NCBI GenBank assembly: GCA_047495785.1
Contig: JBLDXI010000001.1
Coordinates: forward strand, 2,852,001-2,916,000
Origin: Lepidodermella squamata
Lineage: Eukaryota > Animalia > Gastrotricha
Length of the DNA stretch: 64,000 nucleotides
Reading direction: 5' to 3'
Shown: positions 37,946 to 49,253 of the stretch, piece by piece
Layout: every line of letters starts with the position of its first letter
Position numbering within the stretch: position 1 is the first letter of the stretch
Notes under the pieces: generated by a model
Database searches by the model: none
What the model saw: the letters and a program-made list of their open reading frames with translations, nothing else
What the model was told of the DNA's origin: nothing
Position numbers and translations under genes: made by a program

Positions 37946-39184
37946 GTTTCCTGTGTTTCTAAACAAATCTAGGTAAGTATGAGGATTCAGATTCAGATCA
38001 CCAATTAGAACATGACTAATCCACGATAAGGTAAGACTAGATACAACGTAAGAAATATGACATAAGTGCAGAACGTCGAACTCAGAAGGAGAAGATAACA
38101 GCGCTAGTTACGAGGCAAACGGCAAGCTCGTTTGAATGGATGGATGGATGGATGTTAGACCCTGACACCAATTCTGGTGATTTAACAGGGCTTCGGTTGA
38201 TGAGTTAAAACCTGTCATGTTAGGCGCAGAGTGGCACAATATTTGCTGGGCGCTACTGAAATCGGCACTTAAATTCACCGCTAACATTATCACGCGAGAC
38301 ACCAGGATCAACGTTGCTATGCAACATCTACTGGTAATTATTTCTATTCCCGCAAATATTAGCCAAAAGAAATGTTACATTAAATATCAAAATTGATTCT
38401 CGAATGCTTTTGACGCCGCATGCTATACACTTAGCAAAAAAAGTCCGGTCCCTCCGCCTCCCATAAAAATTCCTGCTGTGAAAAACTGTTAAAAATAAAT
38501 TATTTAACTAAATTAATATAATTTTTAAAATATATTTTTATATTTAATAACCCGCTAGAAGTTGGCAGTCCACTTTGGTATTTATAACAGCGGCCCACTT
38601 TTAATCATTTGTGATCCACCTTGCCATGTGATATCCTTGATCATTAATCAAGGCAGTTTCATTTTTTTATTGTCTCGAGATCATATCAACTAATTAGGGG
38701 TGGGCCGCTGAGTGTGGGCCGCCAACTTCCAAAAAGACCGTAAAAATAGAAGTTGGCGGCCCACTTGTCAGCGGCCCACCTTGCCAATACACCAATCGAT
38801 TTGCCATGACGTGACCATCTCAAATCTATTTTAACTTCGTACCTATGACTTCGGTAACCGGATTTATTTGTTATCGAACTTGAAAAGCAATATGCCGTTA
38901 TTACAAGAAAATGAGTTCCGACATGTTACTGCTTTAAAGGCTTAATCATTTTCAAACTAAATGGAACAAGTGTGTAAATTGATAGACAGTGCAAAGGCGT
39001 GCGTTTCGCAGATGGCGCGATGTCGGGCTACAACGCGTGTTGACAAGGTGATCCTAAATTCGGGCGGTTAACGTTAACGCCATGTTAGTATTTTTTTGTG
39101 AGTGCTTTTTGATTTCCAAAGTCTAAAGCATTGTCAAGTTTATATCTACCATGATTCAAAGTCAAAGATTAGCAATTTGCCGAG

Positions 39185-41419
39185 ATGCCATCGAAAAAGC
39201 CGCACCAGGGAGCAATTGGAAATGTAAGTATATACTAATATTTTTTTCAGGTTCCTTGCTTATGCCAATTTTTCTTAGGGCGAGATGTGAAGTCCTTGTG
39301 GGGGCTAATTGCGACGAGAGCGTACGGTTCAAATTCATGGAAGAATCGAAAACGATCATATCAGTTATGGCAGGCTAATAAGCCTTTCGAGCAAGTTCCG
39401 CTGCCACAATCCGAAACATCCGAAACTTCGTCGCCATCTTTCTCAGCTGAATCGTTTATCGTCCGCGTTAAACAAACCGAAAAATTCAACCCTGTTCTCA
39501 AGCCGAGCGGGAAGACTAAAGGTGGCAAGGATAGATTCAAATTCAAGTTTGAAGATGGCTGGGCCGACCAATTGAGAGCAGCAGCGAAGCCGATCATCGG
39601 CTGCTTATTTTTCCCCAAAGATCACTACGTGAGCTCTGGGTTGATTATGGCGTCAGGGACAGGGAGTTGTGGCTACCCAAAATGCCGATCGCTTAGCTTC
39701 ACTGTCAGCTTGGACAGCATCGATGATGGTTTTCTAACTTTCGAGTTCAAAGTTACCAAAGGTCGGTCAATCATAAACTGATAATTGTGCTAAAAAATAA
39801 CAAGCTGAATTTGCATTTAGGGGAATTCAACCATGAGGGTGAACCCCGAAGGGAGAAAATCCAAGGTGAGAAACGGGCTGAAATGGCTGAACGGCTGAAG
39901 AAATCTACCGCGGTGAAGGTATTGGGCGAATTGTGCTCTGCAATGCCGGAATGCGAAGCTCCCGAGTTGGCGACTTTACACAAAATTCAATCGGAAGAGA
40001 TTAACTTGGGTAAGTATATGTTTAACTTGTTTATCATGGATGTTTATTCAATCGTCTGTCATTTTAGTGGGACGCGCTGACCCCGACCCCTATCGAGATT
40101 TGAGCGCCCTCAAGGCAGAGCAGATCAGCCAGGGAAGGCCATACATTCGTGATATTATTGTAAGCTTACTCGTTGAATGCCTAGTTACTTGTCTCAAGTA
40201 ATTTATCGTAGGATCCCTTTGGAGTTTACCTCTATTTCGAAATTTCACTCGACCTTTTCTTTGAAGCGGTTAAAAAAGGTTACGTAATATTAAACTTCGA
40301 CGCTACGTCTGGAATTTGGAAGATCGACCTGCTTACTGGAAAACGAGTCTTCTACTACGCTATGCTCCTAACCACTGCTGAAGGCCAGGCGTTGGATTAC
40401 CCCGTTGGCGAGTTCATCTCCGCCGTCCAAACATCTGTATGCATCGGCAAAAAGAAGTCGATGCGACCTCTGCACCACCCGAAACTCAACAAAGTTACTT
40501 ATCAAACGTTGATGCGAATTCGAGAGCGTTGGCTTCCTCCAGCTCAAATTCCTAGCTGCGCGGAGGCGGATTCACGGCAACTTGACGCTTTCTTGTCGGA
40601 CGATTCTAACCCTTCGTCTTCGGCTGATCCAATTGCACGCGAAAACCAGCAACCTTCGCAGGCTGAATTACCCCAGATTCCTCAAAAGAGAGGTCGTGGA
40701 AGACCAAGGAAGCTGGTCGAAGATGTGGCGCCCCGTAGCCAGCGTTTGCGTCCGCGTGAAACCGCCCCGACACGCTTTGCTACTGACTTGGCTTCATCTG
40801 CACCTACTGCACCAGCCTCTACCGCGCCAGCCTCTGCCGCGCCAGCCTCTGCTGCGCCAGCCTCTGCTGCGCCAGCCTCTGCTGCGCCAGCCTTTGAAGA
40901 AGCGCCCCGACCTTCGCTAAGCGAGCTGAGGCGTTATTTCCGAGAAAGACAGTTTTTCCTGAAAAAGATTGCAGGTGACGGGTCATGCCTGTTCGGCTCG
41001 GTTGGGGACCAGCTGGCTGTCGTATGCGAGCAGCTAATTTCGGCGCTTCAACTGCGTCAAGACGTGGTAGAATACTTCAGGATTAACAAGGCACGAATGA
41101 AAGGCTTCCTGCGAGGATTTTTCGCAGAAGAGATGAGCGGCGAAGTCTCGGACGACGACTACGACGGATGGGGTTAGTTGCAATATTCTACCTTGCTAAA
41201 AGTTTCAAATTTTTCTACGTAGTCGACAACTTGGCCCTACCTGGTTCGTTCGCCGGCGAAGAGGCGCTCGTCGCAATCGCCGAAATGTATGGAGCACGAA
41301 TAATTATACACCGTTACAATGGCCCGAGGACTGTCGTGGCGGCGCCAGAGGGACACGCGGCCGAATTAAACATTTTCTTTAACGGCCGCGACCATTACGA
41401 TAGCCTTCGTAGACTATAG
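39185..41419 (+). CDS. Internally deleted MULE transposase fused to AT-hook, PASAA repeats and OTU cysteine protease, ~662 aa, 6 exons
   Basis: Exons 39185-39223, 39251-39761, 39821-40009, 40068-40159, 40212-41172, 41223-41419 total 1989 nt, open. MULE-like DPFGVYLY..LNFDATSG..VFYYAM..PVGEFIS; KRGRGRPRK; OTU IAGDGSCLFGSV...FAGEEALVAIAEMYG...NGRDHYDSL. Confidence 0.85.
40811..40893 (+). repeat. 15-bp coding minisatellite (CCAGCCTCTGCTGCG, PASAA), ~5 copies
   Basis: Direct tandem repeats within the MULE ORF linker. Confidence 0.9.
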
Positions 41420-42194
41420 CACGACATCGCGCCATCTGCGAAACGCATGCTTTTGCACCGTTTCTCAATTTACCCAGTTTTTCATTTAGTTTGAAAATGA
41501 TTAAGCCTTTAAAGCAGTAACATGTCGGAACTCATTTTCTTGTAATAACGGCATATTGCTTTTCAAGTTCGATAACAAATAAATCCGGTTACCGAAGTCA
41601 TAGGTACGAAGTTAAAATAGATTTGAGATGGTCACGTCATGGCAAATCGATTGGTGTATTGGCAAGGTGGGCCGCTGACAAGTGGGCCGCCAACTTCTAT
41701 TTTTACGGTCTTTTTGGAAGTTGGCGGCCCACACTCAGCGGCCCACCCCTAATTAGTTGATATGATCTCGAGACAATAAAAAAATGAAACTGCCTTGATT
41801 AATGATCAAGGATATCACATGGCAAGGTGGATCACAAATGATTAAAAGTGGGCCGCTGTTATAAATACCAAAGTGGACTGCCAACTTCCGGCAGATTATT
41901 TAATATTAATTCTCCAATTTATTTTTTATTTTATTGCAAAGTTTTGCCGCAGGCGATTTGAGGGAAAATTGATTTCAAGTTGCGGGTTAACGCGCGCTCC
42001 GGGGGCTCTCACTGCATACTTTTTGTGGATTTTACCCGCACTTTTCAGCTAAAATGATAGAAAATAGTTGAAAGTATCATAAAACAAATAGAAATGCATA
42101 GGCAACCATGGATTTTTCACCGCTAGGCGTCCTGAAAGTGCAAAAACCTAGAAAATATGCATCCCCTAGCGTCTTTGAAGGCGCTGATTCAAGA

Positions 42195-42870
42195 AACAGA
42201 ACAGGTTCGACCACAGTTTTTTCACATTTTCTAGTAGAGCACATTAAGAGCTTACTAGAAAAATAAGAAATAGCCAGTTAATGTGGTGGTTATCCACGGC
42301 TTTTCAGTCTTTTTCCTCTCGGCTTGCAAATCAAGGAAAAAGTGAAAATTTGGTGTTTTTAGTCGCCCTTATCTCGAAAAAACCCATGGCTGCACCATAG
42401 CTTTTTGTAGTCAAATAGGAGAAGGCGTTCGGTGGAAGGTTTCAACAGGGAAAACAGCAAGATCCACCCCAACTTATCCACGACTTTTTCGTCCTGAATA
42501 GCACTCACTACGGCAGACACAACACCTCGAAAATGCACGACCTGGAGTCATTTGGGGCTTTGCTGCAAGACACTGAACAGGTTCAACCACAGTTTTTTCA
42601 CGTTTTCTAGTAGAGCAGAACAAGATCTTACTTAGGAAGTAAGAAATCGCCTGCAAATGTGGTGTTTATCCACGGCTTTTCAGTCCTTTCCCTACACTTC
42701 CGAATCAAGTCCGAATCGAAGAATAAGTGAGGATTTTGCATCTTTTCTCGCACTTTTCTCGAAAAAAACCCATGGTTGCACCACAGGTTTTTGTATTCAA
42801 ATAGGAGAGTAGATTGAGAAGAAGGTTTTACAAGAGAAAACAGCAAGAACCACCACAACTTATCCACGGC
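42195..42870. repeat. Diverged ~380-bp direct repeat pair inside the foldback arm (mirrored at ~45110-45785)
   Basis: AACAGGTTC.ACCACAGTTTTTTCAC.TTTTCTAGTAGAGC at ~42200 and ~42577; TTATCCACG at 42290, 42474, 42666, 42860. Confidence 0.85.
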
Positions 42871-45800
42871 TATTTCCTCCCGATTAGCCGTCACAATTTA
42901 AGCTCAAAATCGAGTTTAGGAGCCGTGGTATTCTGAGATCTTACCCATCAGACCGCTTATTTCACGTATAACAGGTTTAATCGAGTGCTTACTTCTATAA
43001 AAATAACAAATATGCGGGTGCTGCCATGATTTGCGCCATCCATCCGTTCCTGTCCTTTATCCTTACGGCGCCAACAAGCCGGCTGAGATATGGAGCCATT
43101 CTATTTCAATCCCTGGTATCTGTGAACCGGCGTAGTAAACATGCATTTCCCATCATCTTCAGTGACTCTCATACTTGCTAGCATCCAAGTCAAGAACTTA
43201 CCGACATGAAATAAGTAAGTTTTGCTCATTGCTCATACGGAATGCTCTTTGTGATGTTAACAGAAGTGGCGAACAGAGTTGGTTTCTTTATTCAGATTTG
43301 GTAGGAGTGGTAAAGGGTACCATTTTGACACTAGGGTATCCACCCGCTGTATCATGAAGAACGCTAAAAGTCTTGCTAAAATGACCCACAATGGTAATTT
43401 GATTAATTGCCGCGGCAGCGGTTGGCGGTTGGCGGTTGGCGGCTGGTCTTGGCGTTGATCTTGCAGCTGCATGACTGCCTACAACATGCGCGGCCGCACC
43501 ATCAACCACCGGCCAATATGCTCTCTTTCGAGTTGTAGCTATTGTTTGCTTGTAAGATATAGTTCCATTCCTTAGGATCAACTTCCCTCTGCTTATGTTG
43601 TATACTCTTTTCGAGATTTTAACAGCAAAATTGCTAAAATGAGTAAGCTACTTGCATTGGTCACAAACTCTGGTACCCTTGGATCTTGACGCCACCCATT
43701 CATCTGTGTATTGTATGAAAAACTGTCATTTCAGTGAACATTTTCTGAGGGATCTAAAACAAGTATTCAAGGCGGATTAGTGGTTGTTATGGAGGATTTT
43801 GCCTTCGGCGAAACGGTAAATAGTCGAGTTAGTTTTATCGCACACTAGATGCCGTAGATGGGCAGATACGACAGTGGACAGAGTTGTCCTCCGGGACAGC
43901 GGGTGAGAGCTAAAAGGGCCTTCCCTTGCCTTCCCTTGTTGTAAACGGGCGATAAACATTGGCAAAATCCTTAACATTGACTGCTAAGGAGCAAGAATTA
44001 ATGCCGAGAGAAAAGTAATAGATTCGAGTGGTGCTGTCTCTTTTCGCGTTCTTTCCGCGCTCTTTCCGCTTAACTCTTTCCGCGTTCGCGATACAACGTG
44101 ATGGGGTGTCAGTTGATATGGTTAATATCCACGGATATTCACTCCACACTGCACTTTACAAATCGAAGGAAAAGACTATGAATTGGTATCTTTAAATGCT
44201 TCTATCATGTTCATTATTCGTGGCGCTGCCATATCGAATTGAAAGAGTAAGCTAGCAAGCAAGCCTCTTCAGAATAGGAAGAATCCAGTGGTAGCAGAAG
44301 TAGTAGTGACCAATGCATGTTGGGTACTCATTTGAGTAACTTTGTTAACATCTCATAAGGAGTATGCACTATGAGCAGGGTGGACGTTAAGCTCACGATA
44401 TGAAACGTTCACAGCTAACTATATCGTATAAGCAAATGATGGCTTTAACTCAAAAGAAAGATCATCGGCCGGGGGCTGGTGGTGCGGCCGCGACTGTTAG
44501 CTTTCTTGCCACTGCAAGATCAAGATCAAGCCCAAGGACGAGGCGAGGCCGCTGCGATGAATCAAAGTGCCTTTGTGGGCCATTGTAGCAAAACTTTTCG
44601 CGTTCTTCATAAAGCGTGATGGAATAAACCAGTATCGGTGATTATGGTATCCTATTCTACCACTCCTACTACTCCTTGCAGATCGAAAAGAAACTAACTC
44701 AGAACGCTACGTCTGTTATCATCTCACTAAGAGCCTTGTTTCGTAAAACAACTCGGCAAATTTTCTGGTTTACCGCGGTAACCTGTTGGATTTGATGCAA
44801 GCAAGTATGAGAGCCGTTAAGGATGCTGGGAAAGGAATCTTTACTACGCCAGTCCACAGATATCATGACTTCATCCACAGATTGACATGGTATGGCCCCA
44901 TATCTCAACCGTCATATTACCACGGTCCAATACCGGATGGATGTCGCGAATCATGGTAGCACCCGTATATTTGTTATTTTTATAGAAGTAGGCACTTGAT
45001 TCGACTTGTTATACGTGGCATTAGGGGTCTGCGGTGTAAGATCTCAGAATACCACGGCTCCTAAACTCGATTTTGAGCTTAAATTGTGACGGCTAATCGG
45101 GAGGAAATAGCCGTGGATAAGTTGTGGTGGTTCTTGCTGTTTTCTCTTGTAAAACCTTCTTCTCAATCTACTCTCCTATTTGAATACAAAAACCTGTGGT
45201 GCAACCATGGGTTTTTTTCGAGAAAAGTGCGAGAAAAGATGCAAAATCCTCACTTATTCTTCGATTCGGACTTGATTCGGAAGTGTAGGGAAAGGACTGA
45301 AAAGCCGTGGATAAACACCACATTTGCAGGCGATTTCTTACTTCCTAAGTAAGATCTTGTTCTGCTCTACTAGAAAACGTGAAAAAACTGTGGTTGAACC
45401 TGTTCAGTGTCTTGCAGCAAAGCCCCAAATGACTCCAGGTCGTGCATTTTCGAGGTGTTGTGTCTGCCGTAGTGAGTGCTATTCAGGACGAAAAAGTCGT
45501 GGATAAGTTGGGGTGGATCTTGCTGTTTTCCCTGTTGAAACCTTCCACCGAACGCCTTCTCCTATTTGACTACAAAAAGCTATGGTGCAGCCATGGGTTT
45601 TTTCGAGATAAGGGCGACTAAAAACACCAAATTTTCACTTTTTCCTTGATTTGCAAGCCGAGAGGAAAAAGACTGAAAAGCCGTGGATAACCACCACATT
45701 AACTGGCTATTTCTTATTTTTCTAGTAAGCTCTTAATGTGCTCTACTAGAAAATGTGAAAAAACTGTGGTCGAACCTGTTCTGTTTCTTGAATCAGCGCC

Positions 45801-46869
45801 TTCAAAGACGCTAGGGGATGCATATTTTCTAGGTTTTTGCACTTTCAGGACGCCTAGCGGTGAAAAATCCATGGTTGCCTATGCATTTCTATTTGTTTTA
45901 TGATACTTTCAACTATTTTCTATCATTTTAGCTGAAAAGTGCGTGGTAAAATCCACAAAAAGTATGCAGTGAGAGCCCCCGGAGCGCGCGTTAACCCGCA
46001 ACTTGAAATCAATTTTCCCTCAAATCGCCTGCGGCAAAACTTTGCAATAAAATAAAAAATAAATTGGAGAATTAATATTAAATATAAAAATATATTTTAA
46101 AAATTATATTAATTTAGTTAAATAATTTATTTTTATCAGTTTTCAGAGGGATGGACCGGACTTTTTTTGCTAAGTGTACCTTGACGTTGAAAGGCCGGAT
46201 TGTCTTACGCTGCGCTTGGCAGCGTGGCGTAATGGGCAGGTCCCTAGCTTGATAAATTGATAACAGGGGGAAGTGAGGAGAAGTGAGGGGAAGTGAGGGG
46301 AACAATCTAAAATATCATGAGGATTGGATTGGAATCGAGATGTCACAGGTTCATCACAGCTCTCGTTGTCGAGGACACGAGCTGTCGACTTCACTCTTTA
46401 CGCCTGGCTCGCTTCGATAGCCTAATTGATCTTCAATAACATCCCCTTGTGCGCTTTTCGCCTTTAAGAATGAATAAATAGATCATTATTTTCGCCATCC
46501 GAAACAGGTAAGGGGGACGCACTGTAGCGCATCCTTGCGAGTCGGTCATAAGTTCAAGTTCAGCTACAGTCATACATTTGTGGAATTGAGCGAGTCACTC
46601 CTAACGCTAGCTCGATGTTCAGAGCATACTGTCAGAATGATAATGAACATTTGATGTGCTTAACTGTAATGCGCGGGTATTGGCGCGGTTGATCTGCCAT
46701 CCCCACAACTTTAACAAGTGTGACCTGTGCGACAGCCTGCTGTGAAATAATTCTCGTGATATCCTCGCTCCATATCTGTTGCTGAAGACCGGATATTTTT
46801 CTGATGCATGGCGTAAGCTGACATGCCGAGGCGTATTATTCATTGACGTATTAATTACCTATATAGTGA

Positions 46870-47106
46870 ACGTTGGGAGTCAGGCAGCACCGACAACGTT
46901 GCATCGGCTCCAATCAACTCAAGATACGCTGTTAGAATCATATGTGGCGCTCATCCTTGTTTATGATTTACTGCTCGTGTCTCATTTGACATTGTCCTAT
47001 ACCTTTGTAACTGTCCGGTAATGTTATGTTACCTTTCAATTTTCAGTTATGTCGAGCTGCTCTCTTGGGTGTTATAGCTGTTAAATAGATAAATAAATAA
47101 AATAAA
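46870..47106 (+). mobile_element. CR1/L2-like LINE 3' fragment (second copy ~49925-50160)
   Basis: SQAAPTTLHRLQSTQDRAVRIICG (intact in copy B) resembles the post-RT motif of CR1/L2-type ORF2; ends in an (AAAT)n tail. Confidence 0.55.
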
Positions 47107-47179
47107 TGAGCCTTCTCATTGGAAGATTCTCATGCGTAGAAAGAAGTCTAATTAAAGTAGGCCTCACTTCAAAAACAAC

Positions 47180-47325
47180 TATTAGGAAAAAACCGACGGC
47201 TCTCGAGGACGACCCAAGAAAGATGGGTCAAACTCGATTGAAATAATAGTAGAAGACATGGACTTGCACGCCACCGAATTAACGGCATTAAATAGAGATG
47301 AATGGCAAACAACAGTTTCAGAACT
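47180..47325 (+). mobile_element. RTE-like LINE C-terminal fragment (second copy ~50235-50380)
   Basis: Translation RGRPKK...EDMDL...LTALNRDEWQTTV matches the RGRP.K.W...A.DR..W C-terminus of RTE-clade ORFs. Confidence 0.5.
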
Positions 47326-49253
47326 GGAAAATTACGAATTTTATGGTAAAAGCAAATTGCAAACTGCGGGGGTGGGCGTTTTTTCTTAAAGTTTGCCTTC
47401 CTTCGCTTTCCACAAAACCCGAAAGGGTATAGACGCCTTAGTCGTGTGGAAGTTAAATAAAATCATTCATATTCATATTCATTGGAATTCTTCCACCACA
47501 TTTAAAGAAAAGACAACATGAACTGTTCCTCATCTGTGCTTATGAGACGGCTTTTTAGGCGCTTTCATATATGCGTGCTCTTCGATTCTGAGGTAACAGG
47601 TAAGGATCGATCAACTTGGATGATGAAGAGCACCAATACATTTACACTTAATGAATCTGAATGTCGGATGCACTTCTCAGATTCTCAGATTCGGATTCTC
47701 AGAGAAATACATCCGAAATTCAGATTCATCAAGTGCACAAGTATTCATGCTCGTCATCATCCAGGTAATGAGTAATGAGTAAATAGTCATAAGTAGAGCC
47801 TCGGCTTAATTACTCATGACTCTTATAACGAAAAGCAGCCTTTTCATAATAAACTTTGAAAGCATGCGCTCGATAAATCAATTTCCAAGGAATTTGAGTC
47901 AATTTCTGAGAGGATATTGCAAAGAGGATATCAGAATGGGAAAGATTAATCATACATCTTCAAACTTTATTCAACTTCATGGGTCGACAATTTTGAGTGA
48001 GTGATTGTTGCTTCTTTGTCTTCTTCCTTCTTTCACTCCACGAAAAAGTGATTGTTTGTATAAGATTGTTTACCAATCGGCAACCGAAGCCTGAGGACCG
48101 CGGTTCGACCGACAATCATGGGACTTGTGGTGACGTCTGATTATTGACTGATAATAAAAGAAAACAAAATCTTCTTTGATGCTAACTGCTACACGTTGAA
48201 AGGAAACTTGAATAAATAAGAGTGTACGAGAGTTGTAAAGAGAGTACGAGTATGAAGAGTATGAGTATGATATTAATACTCATATATTGAATATTTTAAT
48301 ACCTATTCATTGGAATGTGGCTATTGTGAAAATTATTTGCCTAGAGATCAGATAATAAAATTTGATTTTGATTGATCTGATGTCTATGATTGTTCGATTT
48401 GCGAAGACTTCTCCGTGTAGCTCCATCTCGGAGGAGCGTGTATTTGCTCAGTTTAGATGCTTACTAAGGTTAGATACGCTCGGAATGATACTCCAAGATC
48501 TCTTCTGATAAATCTTTTCGAAAGCAAACTTAAAATCTCTTATCCCTTAGTTTACTGACCATTTCACGAGGTATTGAATTCAACAGAATGATAGCGCAGC
48601 GTGAGTATCCAGGTTGACAAAGGAGTAAGTAAAAACAGAGCAGACTCCTCAAGGAGCAATTATCATTTAGCTAAATCCGAGTAGGCATAGGTTCAGCGAA
48701 ACCTTGGGTGCTACGTGGCATTAGAGTATGCTTCCTAGATTCTATCTAGATCATCTGAAATCTAGCATTCATGGGCTCGGAGTAAGAATAGCTCACTAAG
48801 CTCTTCTCAATAGCGCATTGTTACGGAGAGTGAATGAATACAAGAAGATCACCGAGAGAGGTTCTCATGAAAGCATGGAGTAATAAAGATGAATTCCAAG
48901 AGACTCAACTATGAACTTGATGCGCAGGGATTACTGTCTGTATATACCAGATGAGGGATAGGAAGGAATTGATAACAAGAAAAAGGCAGATTAGTGAAAG
49001 AGTAAACCTGAGCAAAAAGCCAGACTGAGGAGACATGGCAAACGGCGAACGACTAGCAGACGTCTTTCGCCATAAATGCTGGAAGACGACGAAGAAGAGT
49101 CACGAGGAAGACGACGCTATATCACAGCAACTAATTGTCCAGAAAAAATATAATTTTTCCAAATATTTTTTGGCTACTAGTTTTCACAAAGAATTCAAAA
49201 AGATGAACTCGGAAAACGAGCATCTGCCGCAGTCGCCCACCACAAACAGAGAA

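Larger units (their letters stand above)
38550..41896 (+). mobile_element. Mutator-like element (MULE) with ~480-bp TIRs and 9-bp TSD
   Basis: TIRs ~38550-39030 / ~41417-41896 with repeated GCGGCCCAC motifs. TSD TATTTAATA at 38541-38549 and 41897-41905. The uninterrupted opposite arm of the host foldback has one copy (46076-46084). Confidence 0.93.
38428..46176. mobile_element. Non-autonomous foldback DNA transposon with CAC...GTG ends (CMC/EnSpm-like), ~4.4 kb without the nested MULE
   Basis: Ends TA|CACTTAGCAAAAAAAGTCCGGTCC ... GGACCGGACTTTTTTTGCTAAGTG|TA. Near-perfect inverted arms 41897-42944 / 45036-46084, diverged inner arms to ~43687 / ~44280. No transposase ORF seen. Confidence 0.85.

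Noticed and set aside
42290-42868. TTATCCACG as bacterial DnaA boxes / oriC
   Set aside because: One mismatch from TTATCCACA, ~190 bp apart, inside a eukaryotic transposon arm with no bacterial genes nearby.
42474-45506. Identical 88-aa and 60-aa ORFs on both strands as duplicated genes
   Set aside because: They follow from the perfect inverted arms, start at non-ATG codons and show no protein features.
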